Assembly: GCA_965197475.1 (NCBI GenBank)
Contig: CBDANF010000003.1
Location: 3,904,001 to 3,968,000 of the forward strand
Origin: Candidatus Poribacteria bacterium
Lineage (GTDB): Bacteria; Poribacteria; WGA-4E; WGA-3G
DNA length: 64,000 nucleotides
Reading direction: 5' to 3'
Made by a program: the position numbers and the translations under genes. The notes beneath the pieces were generated by a model, which was not told the DNA's origin, did not search any database, and worked only from the letters and a program-made list of their open reading frames with translations. Shown here piece by piece: positions 31,662 through 41,739 of the stretch. Position 1 is the stretch's first letter. Each line of letters opens with the position of its first letter.

Positions 31662-31985
31662 AAGGGAAGCGAGTCAAACCGGGCGGACAAGGTTTCCCTC
31701 CTACAAAGAGCGGACAGAAAACCCACCAGCCCGTATCGGCTACTACATGTATACGCGTATACTTGTATACGCCTCGCTTTCCCCACCCAACTTTTTCTTG
31801 ATAATTTTGTTGAGATATAATATCCTTAACGTACTCATTTAGGGAGTTCGGCATAAACCCGTGTCGTGTCCTTCCTTCTAACTTGCAGAATGGTAAACCT
31901 CAACACTTAGAAGCAATAGAATATATGTGTATTGAAAGGAGTTTATGAATGAAATTAGGTAGCTACTTGTCTATGGTATTTATTA

Positions 31986-33033
31986 GACATTATTCCTTGA
32001 ATAACTAATTAGTTGTCCGTTTGGTTAGTCTCTATTATACTTATTACAATCGGACAATAGGAGGCTAACTCATGATAAGTTTTCAAGAACTAAGGGACAA
32101 ACCTGATACGCTCCTGTCCCTCACCGGATATACCTTAGAAGATTGGACTGAACTATCACCTTATTTTACTAAATGTTTTTTAGAGTATGTTCAAACACAT
32201 ACCCTTGCAGGAAAACCGCGCAAAAAACGGAGATATAAACCGTATAAAAATAGTCGTTTTGATACACCTGAAGATATGTTGCTATTTATACTGATTTACC
32301 TTCGTGAAGCACCGAAACAAGTGCTATTCGGTGCGCTCTTTGGCATGTCTCAACCTCTTGCTAATAGATGGATTCACTTGCTTTTATCGATATTGAACAA
32401 AGCATTAGCAGAACTTGGAGAGTTGCCATCTCGGGAAACAGACCCCGCACCTATATGTGCTCCATCAAAAGTATCAACTCAAAATCAAGAAGGAGAACAT
32501 TTTTTTCATGATAGCACCGAACGCCCTATACGACGCCCAAAAGACCTGTCAACTCAAAAGGCGTATTATAGTGGTAAAAAGAAATGCCATACAGTGAAAA
32601 ATAATCTGATTATCAATGAGGCCTGCAAAGTCGTCCTATTGACACCTTCTTTTGAAGGAAGACACCATGACAAACACATAGCCGATATGGTGGGCTATTG
32701 TGTGCCACAGGGTAGCACATTGTCCCAAGATACCGGTTTTCAGGGTTTCGTTCTCCCGGATATAAACATCATTCAACCAAAGAAAAAACCGAGAGGTAGA
32801 GAACGGACGAATGAAGAAAAAGAAAACAATAGAAAGATAGCGTCTATACGCATACGCGTTGAACATGCGATTAGTGGTGTCAAAAGATGCCGCATTGTCA
32901 AAGATAAACTCAGGAATTGGAAGAAAGGGTTTTGTGATTTAGTTATGGAAACTTGTTGTGGTTTACACAACTTCCGACTAAACTTTAGACCCTGGCGTTA
33001 TGAAACTCCTGTTATTTAAATCATTATAATGTC
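31986..33033 (+). mobile_element. IS5-family (ISL2-like) insertion sequence
   Basis: Inverted ends (TA)GACATTAT ... ATAATGTC(TA); probable TA duplication. Confidence 0.75.
32072..33019 (+). CDS. DDE_Tnp_4-type transposase
   Basis: HDSTERPIRRP, YYSGKKKCHTVK, DTGFQG, RIRVEHAISGVKR. Confidence 0.92.
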   Translation: MISFQELRDKPDTLLSLTGYTLEDWTELSPYFTKCFLEYVQTHTLAGKPRKKRRYKPYKNSRFDTPEDMLLFILIYLREAPKQVLFGALFGMSQPLANRWIHLLLSILNKALAELGELPSRETDPAPICAPSKVSTQNQEGEHFFHDSTERPIRRPKDLSTQKAYYSGKKKCHTVKNNLIINEACKVVLLTPSFEGRHHDKHIADMVGYCVPQGSTLSQDTGFQGFVLPDINIIQPKKKPRGRERTNEEKENNRKIASIRIRVEHAISGVKRCRIVKDKLRNWKKGFCDLVMETCCGLHNFRLNFRPWRYETPVI

Positions 33034-33066
33034 TAATAGATATGCTTAAATAGGTGAACCCGGATT

Positions 33067-33406
33067 ATGAAGGAAAGTGATGTTATTCTTGCGCCGTTGT
33101 TCCAAGCTAATGAGGAGTTAAAGTATAGTCCTACAATTGTTCTGCAAGAAATGCCATGACCTTACCGTGACTTGCTTGTATGTGGTCTAAGGACAAGGTT
33201 GAATCAGTACATTCACGGATTTGATGAAATTATTTCACCGACTGATGCTGATTCGTATTAAGCGGTCTACGCTCGGAATCTCTGATTTGACTTAGTTTTC
33301 TGGTCGTGATCCCGCGTCGCCTGGTGCGTGGACAATCGGTAGCATTTCAGAAGAACGGTATAAACGTTTGTTGCAAAGGTTAGTTGATTATCTAACAAAC
33401 ATCTAA
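33067..33406 (+). pseudogene. PemK/MazF-family toxin pseudogene
   Basis: MKESDVILAPLFQANEELKYSPTIVLQEMP*PYRDLLVCGLRT...FDEIISPTDAD, followed by stops/frameshifts, ending QRLVDYLTNI*. Confidence 0.65.
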
Positions 33407-33569
33407 GGCGGATCTTCAAAGTATACATGTTGGGTTTTGATAACTCTACCCAACTTACGCACTTATACTGTGCGGATACTCTCAATCCTGAAAATCTGCA
33501 AATCCTGGTTCAGAAATAAAAAGTTTGGGTTTCACTGTCGCTCTACCCAACCTACGTACTCTCGTTATT

Positions 33570-33826
33570 TTAAGTTATCAAGGCGATGATGGCAATAATC
33601 GCGGCACCGACAGCAGGACACACAGTAAGGACAGCCAACACTTTACTGCTGCCTTCTTGCTTACCTTCCAATTTCCCTTTTATCCACCCTACATCGCGTT
33701 CCAAAGCACCGACGCTGGTATCCAGAGAATTGAGACGTTTTCCACACGTGCGTTGTTTTCTCTTGCTTGTGTCTCAATCCGCGACAAGGATTCAAGTACT
33801 CTTTCTCGGAAATCTTGATCTGACAT
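33570..33826 (-). pseudogene. Small coiled-coil protein with C-terminal TM, frameshifted
   Basis: Adding one base to the T4 run at 33738-33741 gives MSDQDFRERVLESLSRIETQARENNARVEKRLNSLDTSVGALERDVGWIKGKLEG...AVGAAIIAIIALIT*. Confidence 0.6.
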
Positions 33827-33901
33827 TCAATTCTTCCTGTGTGCAGTGTCCGTACAGAATAGCATACGCGCATGCATAAGTCAAGTAAGCCTTGACATAA
33901 G

Positions 33902-34022
33902 CAGGGTTATTTAGTTCTCCGAATATTTAGATTTTCAATTTAAGACTTTCCGCTGTAGGAGCGATCTCCGAATCGCGACTTTTCGGATAAACTGGACAAA
34001 AGTCTAAAACTAAATAGCCCTG
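33902..34022. repeat. MITE-like element with REP-like core
   Basis: TIRs CAGGGTTATTTAGTT / AACTAAATAGCCCTG; core GTAGGAGCGATCTCCGAATCGCGAC. Confidence 0.7.
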
Positions 34023-34205
34023 GTTCCAACGCCTACAACTTGACCCTAATACGGTTTTCGTGTATGATTATCTCATCTGTTCAGAATTAACACGTTTTAG
34101 GCAAAGTTGTATCATCTATTGCTACTAAATGATATAAAAATGTTACCATATCTGTTTATGTGGTGTCAAATTCAATGGAAGCGACTGTTTCCTATGGAGG
34201 ATTAT

Positions 34206-34775
34206 ATGTTTGATCAGGTATTACAAGAGGTTGAGGCACAGTGTAGGGAAGAGAGAATTCCGATGTTAGGACCCGAAAAGGCAAAATTTCTCGCTGACTG
34301 TGTAGAGAAGGCGAAGCCATCACTGATTGTTGAATGCGGAACTGCTATCGGATATTCCGGTTTGTGGATGTTGCGGGTGTTAAGGGCTGCAGGTACTGGT
34401 CGTTTGATAACAATTGAAATTGATGCAAACCGTGCTAATCAAGCACGCGGCAATTTTGAACGTGCTGGTTTAGCTGATCTTGTTGACTCTCGCATAGGTG
34501 ATGCGCAAGAGGTACTCAAAAGCATCCAAGAACCTGTGGATTTTCTACTTCTTGACAATAATTTCGATAATTATTTCCCATGTTTTCAGGCGATTGAATC
34601 ACAATTGACAAATCCGGCAACCGTATTAGCGGACAACGTTGGGATCGGTGCAGATTCTATGGCGGATTACCTTGAACACGTCCGCGCCCGCTATGAATGC
34701 GAAACGCATTGGTTTGACATTGATCTGCCTTGGGTAAAACAAGATGCCATTGAGGTGAGTATCTATCGCCGTTAA
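34206..34775 (+). CDS. SAM-dependent O-methyltransferase (COMT/Methyltransf_3-like)
   Basis: VECGTAIGYS, ITIEID, GDA, LADNV; RBS GGAGG. Confidence 0.9.
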   Translation: MFDQVLQEVEAQCREERIPMLGPEKAKFLADCVEKAKPSLIVECGTAIGYSGLWMLRVLRAAGTGRLITIEIDANRANQARGNFERAGLADLVDSRIGDAQEVLKSIQEPVDFLLLDNNFDNYFPCFQAIESQLTNPATVLADNVGIGADSMADYLEHVRARYECETHWFDIDLPWVKQDAIEVSIYRR

Positions 34776-34798
34776 AAATAATATCGTTAGGAGGTCCA

Positions 34799-37468
34799 AT
34801 GACATATAATTTTACTAATGTTGCGCGGTTACCTTCAGCAGGTGATAACGTCGCTATTGCTACGCAAAGATTAGATGCAGGCATACAGATTCGGCACAAT
34901 AGCGAACAGTTTTCTTTATCTCACACCGTGTTAGAAGGGCATCGATTTGCCCTCCAACCGATTACAGAGGGTGATCCGCTACTGTCTTGGGGATTGCCTT
35001 TTGGTTATGCGTCACGTTCTATTGCTTCTGGCAATTATGTATGCAATCAGAAGATGATCGATTCATTGTCGATTAGAAATCTGAATTTTGAGTTGCCAGC
35101 TAGTCCGAACTTTACTGATATGATGGTGCCTTATACGTTAGATGAAACAGAATTTAGTCCGGGGAAACAGGTGGAATGTTATGCAGAAGATCGCCAATTT
35201 CTCGGCTATCAACGTCTTGGAAATCGAGGGGTTGGAACACGGAACTATATCGTTGTGATGGGCACGACAGCACGCACCTCTGGCTTTGCAAGAAGGCTTG
35301 CAGACGAGTGTTCGGGAAGTGCAGAAAGATTTTCTAACATAGACGGTATCGTTTCTGTGACTCATACTGAAGGTGGAGAGGGAAATACTCCAAATAATGT
35401 GGATATGCTGCTTCGGACGCTTGCTGGTTTTACGGTGCATCCAAATATCGGTGCGATCCTTCTTGTTGACTACGGCGATGAAGCGGTCACAAACGAGATG
35501 CTCAAAGAATATATGCTGCGCGGAGGGTATGAACTTGATAATGTGATACATGATTTCTTTAGGATTGCAGGTAGTTTTGATGCAAACTTGGTTCAAGGCA
35601 CTGAGATAATTAATGGGTGGTTAGATTCCGTTAATAGTGTTTCACGTAGCGAACAGTCTTTGGAAAATCTCAAAATAGCGTTGCAATGTGGCGGTTCGGA
35701 TGCCTTTTCGGGTGTGTCTGGGAATCCACTGGCGGCTTATGTTGCGATGGAGGTCATCCGTTATGGCGGATGTGCTAATCTCGCAGAAACGGATGAGCTC
35801 ATCGGTGCGGAGGCGTATCTTTTGCAAAACGTTCGCGACCTGCCGACAGCACAGAAATTCCTCAGTACAGTAGAAAAATTTAAGGAACGGGTCGGATGGC
35901 ATGGGCATTCTGCAGAAGGGAATCCGTCTGGTGGGAATAATTTTCGGGGTCTCTATAACATTGCCATAAAGTCAATCGGTGCAGCGATGAAGCGACACCC
36001 TGATGTCTGTCTTGACTACGTCATCAATTATAGTGAATTGATGGACAAACCGGGATACTATTTTATGGATAGTCCGGGCAACGATTTAGAAAGTATCGCG
36101 GGGCAGGTTGCGTCTGGATCAAATATGATTTTCTTTGTTACAGGCAACGGTTCGATTACAAATTTTCCGTTCGTGCCGACGATTAAGATTGTCACCACGA
36201 CTGGTCGATATAAGATGCTTGAAATGGATATGGATGTGAATGCTGGGGCTTATCTCAATGGAACACCGATGGACCAGCTTGGTGAAGAGATGCTTGATCT
36301 GACGGTGAATGTCGCATCAGGTGAGCGTTCGGTAGGAGAAAAGGCGGGACATTCCCAAGTTTCGCTGTGGCGTGATTGGAAACAGACAGGCCCTACGGAT
36401 TTATCGCCTGCGCTTGAGGCATCAGCGGTTAAATCTGGGGAACCCGTGCCGATTAAATTAGCGGAAGAAAGCAAGATTTCTACAGCTGCATACACTTTTC
36501 AGGCTTTTCAGACAGCAGACGGGTGTCGTAGCGATCAACTCGCGCTTATCTTGCCGACAAGCCTCTGTTCTGGTCAGATTGCACAGATGATTGCGCACCA
36601 ATGCAACGAACACAGGATCGGAAAATCGCAAGGAATATCCCGTTTTGTAGCACTTGCACATACGGAAGGATGTGGTGTTTCAAGCGGACGTTCCGAAGAG
36701 ATATACACCCGCACCATGATCGGACACCTGACACATCCGACGGTAGCACTTGGTTTGCTACTTGAGCACGGTTGTGAAAAGACGCACAATGACCACGTCC
36801 GACATGAAATTCAGAAACTGGGTATTTCACCTGAATGCTACGGTTGGGCAAGTGTGCAATTAGATGGTGGAATTGATGCGGTAATTGAGAAGGTACACAA
36901 TTGGTTTGCAGATGAACTGGCTGATAAACCTTCCGTTCCAATTATTGATGCTGGGTTAGAACACCTCTGTATAGCGGTTACTTCAACCGGCGAGGCGACT
37001 GAGCCTGTTTCGCAGTCCCTCATGCGATTGACAGATGCCATTGTTACCGCAGGTGGAACGGTAGTTGTTCCCTCAAATGCCACGTTCTTGACGGAATCTT
37101 TAGCTTCCTCATTAACTTTGGCTTATGGGCAAAAAGTTGAAAAGGCAGGTTTCCACATCATGGAGACCCCCACCGATCAACCGACAGAGATATTGACAGG
37201 TTTAGGCGCGACGGGTGTAGGACTTGCACTTGCGCATATCGTTGGGGCACCGCTGCAATCACATGTGATGGTGCCACTGATTCAAGCTTCTACGGATTCT
37301 AATACGCAAACTAACTTTGGTGCAGATTTGGATTTGACATCTGTTGATGTTGACGAGATGTTAACGTTGATTGTGGAGGTGGCTTCGCGTCGGTATACTC
37401 CAAAGTTGCACGGCAAAGGAAATACAGATTTTCAGCTGACGCGGGGATTGTTAGGGGTTTCCATGTAA
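34799..37468 (+). CDS. UxaA/GarD-family sugar-acid dehydratase with duplicated domains (889 aa)
   Basis: SAF domain DNVAIA..GHRFA, VGTRNY, HTEGG, QCGGSDAFSG, NPSGGN; second HTEGCG...HGCEK region. Confidence 0.88.
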   Translation: MTYNFTNVARLPSAGDNVAIATQRLDAGIQIRHNSEQFSLSHTVLEGHRFALQPITEGDPLLSWGLPFGYASRSIASGNYVCNQKMIDSLSIRNLNFELPASPNFTDMMVPYTLDETEFSPGKQVECYAEDRQFLGYQRLGNRGVGTRNYIVVMGTTARTSGFARRLADECSGSAERFSNIDGIVSVTHTEGGEGNTPNNVDMLLRTLAGFTVHPNIGAILLVDYGDEAVTNEMLKEYMLRGGYELDNVIHDFFRIAGSFDANLVQGTEIINGWLDSVNSVSRSEQSLENLKIALQCGGSDAFSGVSGNPLAAYVAMEVIRYGGCANLAETDELIGAEAYLLQNVRDLPTAQKFLSTVEKFKERVGWHGHSAEGNPSGGNNFRGLYNIAIKSIGAAMKRHPDVCLDYVINYSELMDKPGYYFMDSPGNDLESIAGQVASGSNMIFFVTGNGSITNFPFVPTIKIVTTTGRYKMLEMDMDVNAGAYLNGTPMDQLGEEMLDLTVNVASGERSVGEKAGHSQVSLWRDWKQTGPTDLSPALEASAVKSGEPVPIKLAEESKISTAAYTFQAFQTADGCRSDQLALILPTSLCSGQIAQMIAHQCNEHRIGKSQGISRFVALAHTEGCGVSSGRSEEIYTRTMIGHLTHPTVALGLLLEHGCEKTHNDHVRHEIQKLGISPECYGWASVQLDGGIDAVIEKVHNWFADELADKPSVPIIDAGLEHLCIAVTSTGEATEPVSQSLMRLTDAIVTAGGTVVVPSNATFLTESLASSLTLAYGQKVEKAGFHIMETPTDQPTEILTGLGATGVGLALAHIVGAPLQSHVMVPLIQASTDSNTQTNFGADLDLTSVDVDEMLTLIVEVASRRYTPKLHGKGNTDFQLTRGLLGVSM

Positions 37469-37508
37469 TGCCTGCAGAGTTTCTTGTAAAGTGGATTGGA
37501 TACTTCAT

Positions 37509-38214
37509 TAGAGCCATTCAATTTTCGGTATTTATTCCGATAAGTTTAAGTACTTGGTCTGGGTGTGCGGCGAAATATCGGAGTGCGTATGCTATTTTTG
37601 TGTATCCAGAGACACGCAAAAGACTGAACACCACATTTCATAATGCACACATTACTTGTGGAATACTACCACACCACCCTTGCGAAGCATGTTCACCAAA
37701 CAACATATTGCGGGTGTGATGCGCCAAGCTTTCTATTGCCCAATGTCCACGCCGTAGTGTCAAAAGTCGTGCTGCAGAGCCGTCTTCTGTGGCAGACTTG
37801 TTATCCGATATTGTATCCAAGTGTTGTTTTCCTGTGCGGGTATGCGTGCGTTCGCATCGGTATTGATACAAAGATGTTTTTTTGTGTGTGAACCCAAGTG
37901 CCCGGGCGAGTGCGGGTGATAAGTGCGCCCCTATTGTGCGATAGCACTAACTACGATAACCCCACAGTATTGCGACAACCGTAAGACCTAAATGGCAGAG
38001 AGCGGATGGCGTTTGCCTCGTGGATAGCGTAAATCTGGAACTTCTGCTAACATTTCAAGTAGATGGCGAGACTTTGGTTTTGTCATTGTTCACCTCAAAT
38101 GATTTTAGGGTAATCTTTACGGTGAAGTCCATCATGTGTGGCGTGAAATGTCATGCCACACATGATTATTACCTACACATACATTGATATGTTTTCGAAA
38201 ACTGAATGGCTCTG
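37509..38214 (-). mobile_element. Degenerate ISAs1-like element with TIRs
   Basis: TAGAGCCATTCAATTTTCG ... CGAAAACTGAATGGCTCTG; internal fragment LRRGHWAIESLAHHTRNMLFGEHAS matches the ISAs1 C-terminal motif. Confidence 0.7.
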
Positions 38215-38433
38215 TGATCAATGGGGTGTGTAAAGTTTTGTCAATTGTCTGAATAGCGGATTTGCACGGATTACGCGGATTTTTGTTCAAATCAACCTAC
38301 AGTTCTATTGACAAAAGCTAATTGAATTTGAATCACAATCGGGCTTAGCGATAATTTAATGGTCTGATTGGTACAGTAAAAGCATTTGACAAAATGGTGA
38401 ATTTTTGTAACAATAAAAATGGAGGAATTATTT

Positions 38434-39186
38434 ATGAAATTTGCTCGATATGATTTGAATGGAACAATTGGATACGGTATTGTTACTGGAAATAGTTTGC
38501 GAACGTTGGATGGATGCCCGTTTACGGACTATAGTGAAACTGGAGATACCGTCGCTTTAGAAGACGTGAAACTACTTGCCCCGACAACACCGTCAAAGGT
38601 GTTAGCCGTTGGTTTGAATTATCGAAGCCACTTGGGGGATGCACCGGAGCCTAAAAATCCGGAAATCTTTATCAAAACACCATCGTGTATTAATAATCCG
38701 GAGGGTAATATTGTGCTTCCTGAAGGTGATGATGATGATGTGCATGCAGAAGGCGAATTAGTGGTGATAATTAAGGAACGGACGTGTAAAGCAACCCCTG
38801 CTGAAGCGGAAGCAAATATCTTGGGCGTAACCTGTGGGAACGATGTCAGTGCTCGTACATGGCAGAAAAACGATTTGCAATGGTGGCGTGCTAAAGCGTC
38901 TGATACCTTTGGACCAATGGGGCCAGTTATTGCTACAGATGTTGAGTATGGGGACCTACAATTAGAAACCCGTATCAACGGGAACGCGGTTCAGTCTCAA
39001 ACCACCGGTGACCTCATTTTTCCTGTGCCAGTGATTGTTAGTTTCATCTCGCAAGCGATAACTTTAGAGCCAGGTGATGCGGTTTACACTGGTACACCGG
39101 GCACAACAACTGCGTTGAAAGATGGCGATGTAGTTGAAGTTGAGATTGAGGGGATTGGCGTTTTGCGCAATACTGTTGTGGTGTAG
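38434..39186 (+). CDS. Fumarylacetoacetate hydrolase family protein
   Basis: VGLNYRSH, EGELVVII, GNDVSAR, KASDTFGPMGP, TGTP. Confidence 0.94.
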   Translation: MKFARYDLNGTIGYGIVTGNSLRTLDGCPFTDYSETGDTVALEDVKLLAPTTPSKVLAVGLNYRSHLGDAPEPKNPEIFIKTPSCINNPEGNIVLPEGDDDDVHAEGELVVIIKERTCKATPAEAEANILGVTCGNDVSARTWQKNDLQWWRAKASDTFGPMGPVIATDVEYGDLQLETRINGNAVQSQTTGDLIFPVPVIVSFISQAITLEPGDAVYTGTPGTTTALKDGDVVEVEIEGIGVLRNTVVV

Positions 39187-39234
39187 GTGTTACGCTGAAA
39201 ACAAATTAAAATTAAGGTATAGCATTTACGTAAA

Positions 39235-39273
39235 TTCGGTGTTGTGTGCCGCACATTAGCACACAACACCGAA
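39235..39273. terminator. Strong hairpin between convergent genes
   Basis: TTCGGTGTTGTGTGC / GCACACAACACCGAA, 15-bp perfect stem. Confidence 0.6.
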
Positions 39274-39306
39274 ACGTGCTTACTACTTATTTTACTGAAG
39301 CGACAC

Positions 39307-40128
39307 TTAGGATGCCATCTGTGCAGCGAACGTGAGTTCCGTTTTTCCGTTTAATCCTGCTACAACAGGGAAGGTGCGCTCCCCTTTTCCATCTTTTGTA
39401 ACATATCTGACTTCTGGTGAGAAATAAGCGTATAGCGCGGTGTTTCTCGGATTAGGTGTTGTGTTAGGACCAGAACCGTGCACCATGAGGCTATGGAAAA
39501 ACAGCGCACTGCCTCCGGAAAGTGGTACATCCATCTGCTGTTTTGCAACCTCCTCCCGATCAGTGAGTTCTGCGTCTTGTTGCCGGGCAATTCCGCCCCA
39601 CTCTTGAACGCCCCATAGATGGCTTCGCGGAATGACTTTAAAACAACCGTTCTCTGGTGTAGCATCGTTAAGGGAAATGCTGACCGTGACTAACCTCGGT
39701 GGTTCCATTGGCCAATATGCTGAATCCTGGTGCAGCCCATGTGATGAACCGTGGAAAGCGGGTTTGAACATTAAGGTGCTTCTAAAGAGGAGCAGGTCTT
39801 CTCCGAGAAGGTTTTGGAGTACTGCAATAAGGTTCGGATGTTGTGCCAAATTCTGAAATACTTCTGAATACTGGCGCGTATTTTCCGCTTTACGTAGCAC
39901 GGGTAATCTATCGCCTTGCGTTTCGTCTTTTGCGAAAGGTTCGCGTTGTACGTGTCTACGTGCGATGTCTGCCCGTTCCTTTTCTGCCTCCGATTCCTGA
40001 CCTGCAGCAAATTGATGTAGCAGTTGAATCTCTGCTTGACATTCTTCCACCTCTGTAGATGATAATAGATTTTCAACAATGAGATAGCCTTCCCTTTCAA
40101 AAAAGGCTTTCTGAGTATTCTTACCCAT
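39307..40128 (-). CDS. Phytanoyl-CoA dioxygenase (PhyH) family 2OG-Fe(II) oxygenase
   Basis: HQDSAYW, ENGCFKVIPRSH, HGSGPN. Confidence 0.93.
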   Translation of the reverse strand: MGKNTQKAFFEREGYLIVENLLSSTEVEECQAEIQLLHQFAAGQESEAEKERADIARRHVQREPFAKDETQGDRLPVLRKAENTRQYSEVFQNLAQHPNLIAVLQNLLGEDLLLFRSTLMFKPAFHGSSHGLHQDSAYWPMEPPRLVTVSISLNDATPENGCFKVIPRSHLWGVQEWGGIARQQDAELTDREEVAKQQMDVPLSGGSALFFHSLMVHGSGPNTTPNPRNTALYAYFSPEVRYVTKDGKGERTFPVVAGLNGKTELTFAAQMAS

Positions 40129-40129
40129 T

Positions 40130-41560
40130 TTATCCTCCGATGAATCGTTTAATTTCCCATATAATACTTGAAATAGCAAACCCGACATAAACAGCTGAGG
40201 CAATGAACATCATTATAGTTGAAATGGTTTTAGGTTTAGCAAACTTAGGTAAAAATCGGTAGTTCATATAGAGCGTAAGCGGGACATAGAGAGCCATAGC
40301 GAAACCACCCATATAGGCGGCATTAAAAAGAAACCCAAGCTCACTGACGTTTAACTGTTCCATCACAAAAGTTATCACACATCCGCCAACAATCCAGATG
40401 CCTACTATGAGGAGATACCACCAGCTCAAAGTGCGTTTTTTGGCACCTTTGAAGTTTGTGTAGATAATGTCCGAAATAGAACGTCCGACGCCATCTACCA
40501 ATGCCAGTTGTGTCCCGAAAAGCGTTGCCACGCCGACGAGTAAAAAGATAAACTGTCCGGGCATTCCCCAGATACCTTTTAATATGTTTGCTTCGTCGTA
40601 GATGAGTTGCCCTTTTTCTGGAACAATGCCTTGTGGGTGTAGGACTGCGAGAGCTCCAAAAATGAACAGCATGATAGTGATGGTATTGAGTGCCCAAAAG
40701 AAGATTATTTGGTCCTGCTTGATGTATTTCCACCATGCAGAAAAGCGTCGTTGGTTTTCTTCTGTCTCTTCACACATAAAACCAGTAGAAGAAATTGTTT
40801 CGTCGCGCCCACGGAGCGGGTTGAGTAGCGATGGCAATCGTGCGCCCATCCCGATATTTTTATCACGCAGATAGAACGTATAGAATAGGTTGGCAGTTCC
40901 GCCAGCACCAGCGAAAACGATAGCAATAAAGAGTCTTTTGACAGTCATTCCTTCAGCGATATACCCGACGTTAATTATACCAGAACCCAACTCTTTCCAT
41001 GTATCAAGCGAACCTACGGCGATGACGACAAGGATAAGCCCAATCGTGACAATTGCGACGAGCAGTTCGACTGTTCTTTCAACAGATTGATAGACCATTT
41101 TTGGACCGAAGAGAATTAGGGCAACAGCTGCGAATGTAACAACTGTCCAGAAGGTATCTGAACCCCAACCGCCAGGACCAATCAGGAGTGCTTTGAGGGC
41201 GAGTCCTGATGCACGTGCCCAACCGGGGGCAAGCCAACCTACAACAGTGAGTAAAATGAAAATGGGTCCAAAACCTCGCCAAATACGGCTATAGCCAGTG
41301 TATACGGTTTCGCCTGTTGCGATTGTCCATCTGCCGACCTCAAAGTTGATCCAGAGTTGGAGAAATACGCCGAGGACAGCTGCCCAGACCATGCTGCCGC
41401 CATGTTCCGCGGCGATTAGGGGCCAAATTATAATTTCACCCGCACCAATAGACAAACCGACTAAGATAGCACCAGGTCCTGCTATCTTCCAGAAAGGCAT
41501 CTCTTTTTCAGGTAGATCAACAGTTTTAAAGTCATCAAGTGGTTCATAAATTTTAGACAT
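40130..41560 (-). CDS. Nramp-like/APC-fold membrane permease
   Basis: GPGAILVGLSIGAGEII, multiple TMs. Confidence 0.8.
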   Translation of the reverse strand: MSKIYEPLDDFKTVDLPEKEMPFWKIAGPGAILVGLSIGAGEIIIWPLIAAEHGGSMVWAAVLGVFLQLWINFEVGRWTIATGETVYTGYSRIWRGFGPIFILLTVVGWLAPGWARASGLALKALLIGPGGWGSDTFWTVVTFAAVALILFGPKMVYQSVERTVELLVAIVTIGLILVVIAVGSLDTWKELGSGIINVGYIAEGMTVKRLFIAIVFAGAGGTANLFYTFYLRDKNIGMGARLPSLLNPLRGRDETISSTGFMCEETEENQRRFSAWWKYIKQDQIIFFWALNTITIMLFIFGALAVLHPQGIVPEKGQLIYDEANILKGIWGMPGQFIFLLVGVATLFGTQLALVDGVGRSISDIIYTNFKGAKKRTLSWWYLLIVGIWIVGGCVITFVMEQLNVSELGFLFNAAYMGGFAMALYVPLTLYMNYRFLPKFAKPKTISTIMMFIASAVYVGFAISSIIWEIKRFIGG

Positions 41561-41597
41561 TCTTCATCTCCTCACATAAACACGAGGCATATACCTT

Positions 41598-41739
41598 ATA
41601 TCAAATTAACTTGGTTTATCTCATTTTTCTTGGTATTAGGTGCGGTTTCTAAGCGCACCGAGCGTTGCTAGAAAATTACCGAATTATTTTTTATCTTCAT
41701 GAAACCGTGCCTACCGAGTGGGATCAAGTTAATTGGTAT
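41598..41739. repeat. MITE-like element with REP-like core
   Basis: ATATCAAATTAACTTG / CAAGTTAATTGGTAT; core GGTGCGGTTTCTAAGCGCACC; same left end at about 49590. Confidence 0.6.

Noticed and set aside
19076-33406. Other in-frame stops as recoding events (TAG near 19202, TGA near 33157)
   Set aside because: They are accompanied by frameshifts or further stops and are not at catalytic Cys positions; ordinary pseudogenisation is more likely
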